A DNA stretch of 32,000 nucleotides from Aquifex aeolicus VF5 (GTDB lineage Bacteria; Aquificota; Aquificia; Aquificales; Aquificaceae). The stretch lies in NCBI RefSeq assembly GCF_000008625.1, contig NC_000918.1, forward strand, positions 1,519,336-1,551,335, written 5' to 3'. Numbering within the stretch: position 1 is the first letter of the stretch; every line of letters begins with the position of its first letter. This document shows, piece by piece, positions 27,877-32,000 of this stretch. The notes beneath the pieces were generated by a model, which ran no database searches, was not told the DNA's origin, and saw only the letters and a list, made by a program, of their open reading frames with translations. The translations under genes were made by a program, and so were the position numbers.

Positions 27877-28245
27877 ATGAAATTAAGACCCCTTTACGAC
27901 AAAATAGTTGTTGAAAGGCTTGAAGAAAAGGAAGAGAAAACTCCTTCTGGTATCATCATCCCCGATACTGCAAAGGAAAAGCCTCAGCTCGGTAAGGTTG
28001 TAGCTGTAGGTCCTGGAAAGCTTTTAGACAACGGAGAACTTAAGCCTTTATCTGTTAAGGAAGGTGACGTAGTTCTCTTTAACAAGTACGCTGGTAACGA
28101 AGTAGAGATTGAAGGAAAGATTTACCTCGTTATGTCTGAAGACGAAGTTTTAGCTGTTGTTGAAGATTATTCAAGCTTAATAGGAGGTGAGGTGAGATGG
28201 CAGCAAAGGCAATTATCTACAACGAGGAAGCAAGGGCAAAACTAA
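27877..28245 (+). CDS. groES: Co-chaperonin GroES/Cpn10 with a ~25-residue C-terminal extension
   Basis: Canonical GroES core from [12 protein letters not shown] to EDEVLAVVE, followed by [36 protein letters not shown] lies upstream and the ATG is at 27877. The 3' end overlaps groEL by 49 nt. Confidence 0.9.
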   Translation: MKLRPLYDKIVVERLEEKEEKTPSGIIIPDTAKEKPQLGKVVAVGPGKLLDNGELKPLSVKEGDVVLFNKYAGNEVEIEGKIYLVMSEDEVLAVVEDYSSLIGGEVRWQQRQLSTTRKQGQN

Positions 28246-29834
28246 AGGCTGGTGTTGATAAACTCGCAAACGCAGTTAAGGTTACCTTAGGTCCAAAAGG
28301 TAGGGAAGTTATCTTAGGAAAGAACTGGGGAACTCCCGTTGTAACCAAGGACGGTGTTACGGTAGCTAAGGAAATTGAACTCAAGGACAAGTTTGAAAAT
28401 ATCGGAGCTCAACTCGTAAAAGAAGTTGCTTCCAAGACCGCGGACGTAGCAGGTGACGGAACTACCACCGCAACGGTACTCGCACAGGCAATATTCCACG
28501 AAGGACTCAGGGTTGCAGCAAGCGGTGCAAACGTAATGGAAGTAAAGAGGGGAATTGACAAGGCCGTAAAGAAAATTGTTGAAGAACTCAAGAAACTCTC
28601 CAAGGACGTAAAGGAAAGGAAGGAAATAGAACAGGTAGCTACCATATCCGCTAACAACGATCCCGAAATCGGAAAGATAATAGCGGACGCTATGGAAGAA
28701 GTTGGAAAGGACGGGGTTATAACTGTTGAAGAAAGCAAGTCCGCGGAAACCACCCTCGAAGTAGTTAAGGGAATGCAGTTTGACAGAGGATACCTATCTC
28801 CGTACTTTGTAACAGATCCTGAGAAGATGGAATGCGTACTAGAAAATCCCTACATACTCATATACGAAAAGAAGATAACCAACGTAAAGGAACTTCTTCC
28901 AATACTTGAACAAGTAGTAAGAAGCGGAAGACCACTTCTGGTTATAGCTGAAGACGTAGAAGGTGAAGCACTCGCAACACTCGTTGTAAACCACATCAAA
29001 GGAGTACTCAAGGCTTGTGCAGTAAAGGCTCCCGGATTCGGACAAAGGAGAAAGGACTACCTCGGAGATATTGCAGTTCTCACAGGCGGACAGGCTATAA
29101 CTGAAGACCTCGGAATTAAGCTTGAAAGCGTAACACTTGACATGCTCGGACAGGCTGAAAAGGTAGTGGTTGATAAAGAACACACCACCATAATAGGCGG
29201 TAAGGGAGATCCCGAACAAATAAAGGCAAGGATAGAACAAATAAAGAGACAAATTCAGGAAACAACCTCTGACTACGACAGGGAAAAGCTACAAGAAAGA
29301 CTCGCTAAACTCTCAGGTGGAGTTGCAATAATAAGGGTAGGTGCTGCAACCGAAGCTGAACTCAAAGAGAAGAAGTACAGAGTTGAAGACGCGGTACACG
29401 CAACCAAGGCTGCAGTAGAAGAAGGAATAGTTCCCGGTGGTGGAGTAGCACTTGTGAGGGCATCCGAAGCACTTGAAGACCTCAAAGGTGACAACCACGA
29501 TCAACAACTCGGAATAGACATAATCAAGAAGGCTGTAAGGACACCCCTCAAGCAAATAGCTTACAACGCAGGATACGACGGATCCGTAGTACTCGAAAAG
29601 GTGATTGAACTCGGAAAGGAAAAAGGTGTAAGCTGGGGATTCAACGCGGCAACCGGAGAGTACGTTGACATGTACGAAGCCGGAATAATAGATCCGACCA
29701 AAGTCGTAAGAACCGCTATAGAAAACGCGGCATCCGTAGCAGGAACGATGCTCACCGCTGAAGCACTGATAGCAGACCTTCCCGAAGAAAAGAAGAAAGA
29801 CATAACTCCCACTGACATGCCTGAACTTGACTAA
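28197..29834 (+). CDS. groEL: Chaperonin GroEL/Cpn60
   Basis: 545 aa with [12 protein letters not shown]..., [11 protein letters not shown] and [12 protein letters not shown]. The C-terminal tail is not the usual GGM repeat. Confidence 0.97.
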   Translation: MAAKAIIYNEEARAKLKAGVDKLANAVKVTLGPKGREVILGKNWGTPVVTKDGVTVAKEIELKDKFENIGAQLVKEVASKTADVAGDGTTTATVLAQAIFHEGLRVAASGANVMEVKRGIDKAVKKIVEELKKLSKDVKERKEIEQVATISANNDPEIGKIIADAMEEVGKDGVITVEESKSAETTLEVVKGMQFDRGYLSPYFVTDPEKMECVLENPYILIYEKKITNVKELLPILEQVVRSGRPLLVIAEDVEGEALATLVVNHIKGVLKACAVKAPGFGQRRKDYLGDIAVLTGGQAITEDLGIKLESVTLDMLGQAEKVVVDKEHTTIIGGKGDPEQIKARIEQIKRQIQETTSDYDREKLQERLAKLSGGVAIIRVGAATEAELKEKKYRVEDAVHATKAAVEEGIVPGGGVALVRASEALEDLKGDNHDQQLGIDIIKKAVRTPLKQIAYNAGYDGSVVLEKVIELGKEKGVSWGFNAATGEYVDMYEAGIIDPTKVVRTAIENAASVAGTMLTAEALIADLPEEKKKDITPTDMPELD

Positions 29835-29840
29835 TTCCAG

Positions 29841-29859
29841 CCCCCTCTGGGGGTTTTTT
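29841..29859 (+). terminator. Rho-independent terminator of groESL
   Basis: CCCCC-TCT-GGGGG hairpin followed by TTTTTT, 7 nt after the groEL stop. It overlaps the recO stop codon on the other strand. Confidence 0.75.
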
Positions 29860-30496
29860 ATCTATTTAAATGAAAAGATAAAAATTTCTCCAAAATCTCC
29901 CTTCCCTCTTCAAAATCTTTTCTTTTTATTTTTATCCTCTCATATTCCTCCAGTTGATGTATCTTTTTCAAGAGGTTTAGCAGGCTACTGCGTACTTTTA
30001 CCCCAGAACTTGATAAACTTCCCTTTTCTAAGTCCAAAAATGCGTACCTTCCTCTTACTCTTTCTCTCAAAAATAGGGGTTCGTAGCCGAGAGTTTTTAA
30101 AAGGTTTAAGAAAAACTTAAAGTAAGAAGCTTCAGGGTTCTTAGTTTCCTTTAAAAAGAATCTCAAAATGAGTGAGAATAACTCCTCGTCGTAAAAATTT
30201 ATATGCCTCAGAACGGTCTGGGAAATGTAGGACATTAAAAAGTATCTTTTCACATCTTTTGCGAAATAAGAAAATCTTTTTACTTCCAAAACGTCCCTTG
30301 GGATTATCAGCCCCGAACTCTGGTAGTAATCTATCTTTACGAGGTTAAAGGGTTCAAAAACTCCGAAGAGTTTCTTTTCGTTCAGGTATCCTTCCCTTAA
30401 AAACAGACTTACTTTCCCCGCAGTGCCATATAGGGTTGCGACGAGGTCAACGTCTCCTCCCCTTACCCTTCTCAAAACTAGGAAAGTGCCTTTCAT
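29858..30496 (-). CDS. recO: DNA repair protein RecO
   Basis: 212 aa with an N-terminal OB-fold-like sequence (FLVLRRVRGGDVDLVATLY) typical of RecO. The start is 1 nt after the upstream M16 gene stop. Confidence 0.7.
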   Translation of the reverse strand: MKGTFLVLRRVRGGDVDLVATLYGTAGKVSLFLREGYLNEKKLFGVFEPFNLVKIDYYQSSGLIIPRDVLEVKRFSYFAKDVKRYFLMSYISQTVLRHINFYDEELFSLILRFFLKETKNPEASYFKFFLNLLKTLGYEPLFLRERVRGRYAFLDLEKGSLSSSGVKVRSSLLNLLKKIHQLEEYERIKIKRKDFEEGREILEKFLSFHLNR

Positions 30497-30497
30497 A

Positions 30498-31757
30498 CTA
30501 AGGTTCTACGACTACACAGTGGTGAAAGTCTATGTATTTTCTGACCGCTTCTTCAACTTCCTCCCTCTTTACTTCACTTATACGCTTCGTGTACTCCTCG
30601 TCCATTTTCCAGCCGAGCCCCATAACTTCAAAAAAGCCCAAATACCAGGCTTGCCTTAACCTTGTTTGATGATCCAGGAGAAAGTCGCCTATTATTTTCC
30701 TCTTTGCCAGTTCAACGTCCTCTTCACTTACCCTTCCCTCGGAAACTACTTTGATTAAATCCTGAAGGGCGTTTTCCTTCTTTTCGGGAGAAGTGCCGAC
30801 GTATGCGAAAAGTCTGGGAGACGAGTACCTTGTGGGATAAAAGGAGTAAGTAGCGTAAGCATATCCCTTTTCTTCCCTCAAGACCTTAAATAGCTTTGAA
30901 GTCATTCCTTCTCCGAGAACCGCGTTGTAAACCTTGAAAACGAAGTAATCCTTTGAGTCTTTAGGCGGTGCGTTGAAAGCACAAAGTATCGTGGCCTGCG
31001 TCCCTTCCCTCTTTACCCTTTTTACTTCATTTTTCTCAATCTTTTTGTTAACACTTGAAAGTTCAAACTTTCCCTTCGGAATATCCGAAAAAGCTTCTTC
31101 CAAGAGGGGTAGGACATCTTCAGCTTTAAAGTCTCCGACAAGGACTACTACGACATTTTCTCCCTTTTTAATTTGATTAAAGCGTCTTATTAAATCCTCC
31201 CTGCTAACTCTTTCTACATCTTCATCTTTTCCCAGTGAGGAGTATTCGTAGGGTGTTCCTTTGTAAGTCAGTGTTCGCAGTTCTTCGTATGCGTAAGACA
31301 TTCCCCTCTCCCTCTTTGACCTTATAGCGACTATCTGGTTTCTCTTTTCGAGTTCCAGAACCTCTTCTTTAAAGAGTGGGTTCTGAATTATATCTCTAAT
31401 TACCTTCAGACCCTCTTTTAGTCCTTCAACTTTAGTGGAAAAACCGATTTCCGAAAAGTCGTCTTCGGAAGAGGAGTATATGTATCCCCCGTACTTTTCA
31501 AAGGGGTACGAAACTGCAGATGCATTGGGGTAATTCTTTGAACCTTTTAAGAGCATAGTAAAGAGGAGCTGTGTTTCTCCCCTCTTTTCCTCTCCGTGAA
31601 CGCCCCCTTTGAAGAAAATAACCCCGGAAACCAGTCCCCTTCCTTTTGTCTCTTTTATTATTACCTTTACGCCGTTTTCTAGCGTCTTATCCATAATCCT
31701 TTGCCCTCCGAAAAGTGGTAGGGAGATTACAAGGAGTAAAAAGAGAAAGTTTCTCAT
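30498..31757 (-). CDS. M16 (pitrilysin) family peptidase homologue lacking the HxxEH zinc motif; secreted
   Basis: Signal peptide MRNFLFLLLVISLPLFGG and an M16 two-domain architecture. The position of the inverted zinc motif reads GETQLLFTMLLKG, with no His-x-x-Glu-His. Confidence 0.7.
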   Translation of the reverse strand: MRNFLFLLLVISLPLFGGQRIMDKTLENGVKVIIKETKGRGLVSGVIFFKGGVHGEEKRGETQLLFTMLLKGSKNYPNASAVSYPFEKYGGYIYSSSEDDFSEIGFSTKVEGLKEGLKVIRDIIQNPLFKEEVLELEKRNQIVAIRSKRERGMSYAYEELRTLTYKGTPYEYSSLGKDEDVERVSREDLIRRFNQIKKGENVVVVLVGDFKAEDVLPLLEEAFSDIPKGKFELSSVNKKIEKNEVKRVKREGTQATILCAFNAPPKDSKDYFVFKVYNAVLGEGMTSKLFKVLREEKGYAYATYSFYPTRYSSPRLFAYVGTSPEKKENALQDLIKVVSEGRVSEEDVELAKRKIIGDFLLDHQTRLRQAWYLGFFEVMGLGWKMDEEYTKRISEVKREEVEEAVRKYIDFHHCVVVEP

Positions 31758-31894
31758 TTTTCCTTTTCCACCTTAACTTTATAACCTTCCTTTCCCAAGT
31801 AATAACCGGCAGCTCCGCCAGCGGCCGCACCGACCATAAAGGCACAGGATGATAGAATGACACTAAGGAAACTCAAAAGGATAATAATCCTCAT
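31754..31894 (-). CDS. Small lipoprotein (46 aa) with a glycine-zipper segment; not in the ORF track
   Basis: The reverse complement encodes MRIIILLSFLSVILSSCAFMVGAAAGGAAGYYLGKEGYKVKVEKEK. It has a lipobox (LSSC). Its stop overlaps the M16 start as ATGA. Confidence 0.55.
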   Translation of the reverse strand: MRIIILLSFLSVILSSCAFMVGAAAGGAAGYYLGKEGYKVKVEKEK

Positions 31895-32000
31895 GTTTAA
31901 ATTATAGCGAAAGGTAGAGACAGTTATGAATTTGCAAACTTGTAATTTTTAATGTTAAAATAATTAAGCTAAACTCTTTACGATAAACGGAGGTTTGAAG

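Overview
This is a densely packed chromosomal segment from a hyperthermophile, with many overlapping start and stop codons and K/E/I-rich proteins. From memory, several proteins match Aquifex aeolicus: a 430-aa sulfide:quinone oxidoreductase, a Cpn10 with a C-terminal tail, and a split CC/A-adding tRNA nucleotidyltransferase system. I cannot run a search to confirm this. I support about 43 protein genes, one tRNA-Pro(UGG), one consensus sigma70-type promoter and one intrinsic terminator.

Most of the content is housekeeping:
- recJ, a class II tRNA nucleotidyltransferase, a HIT protein and upp
- a Sir2 deacylase, kdsC-lptC-lptA and an HU/IHF protein
- aroK, thiS-thiG and moaE-moaA, with two TetR regulators
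- uppP, groES-groEL and recO

The most notable region is a respiratory island at 17.0-25.7 kb. It holds sqr next to two tandem haem-copper oxidase gene sets, each with its own Sco copper chaperone:
- The A-family set is coxC-sco-coxB-coxA1. coxA1 has an in-frame TAA at codon 3, and no canonical start follows until after the conserved helix I.
- The B-family (ba3) set is IIa-coxB2-coxA2-sco. The 41-aa subunit IIa ORF is missing from the ORF track, and coxB2 is split by a +1 frame break at a C4 run.

Secondary curiosities:
- a metal-uptake locus (small secreted His/Cys protein, His-rich beta-barrel OMP, ZnuA-like and ZnuB-like proteins) with no ATPase gene
- a periplasmic di-haem protein with an unrecognised N-terminal domain
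- a perfect 9-bp-arm palindrome between a TetR gene and moaE
- a groES tail that reads through the groEL ribosome-binding site and start

I see no CRISPR array, transposase, integrase or recognisable defence system, and no convincing evidence for a wholly new multi-gene system.
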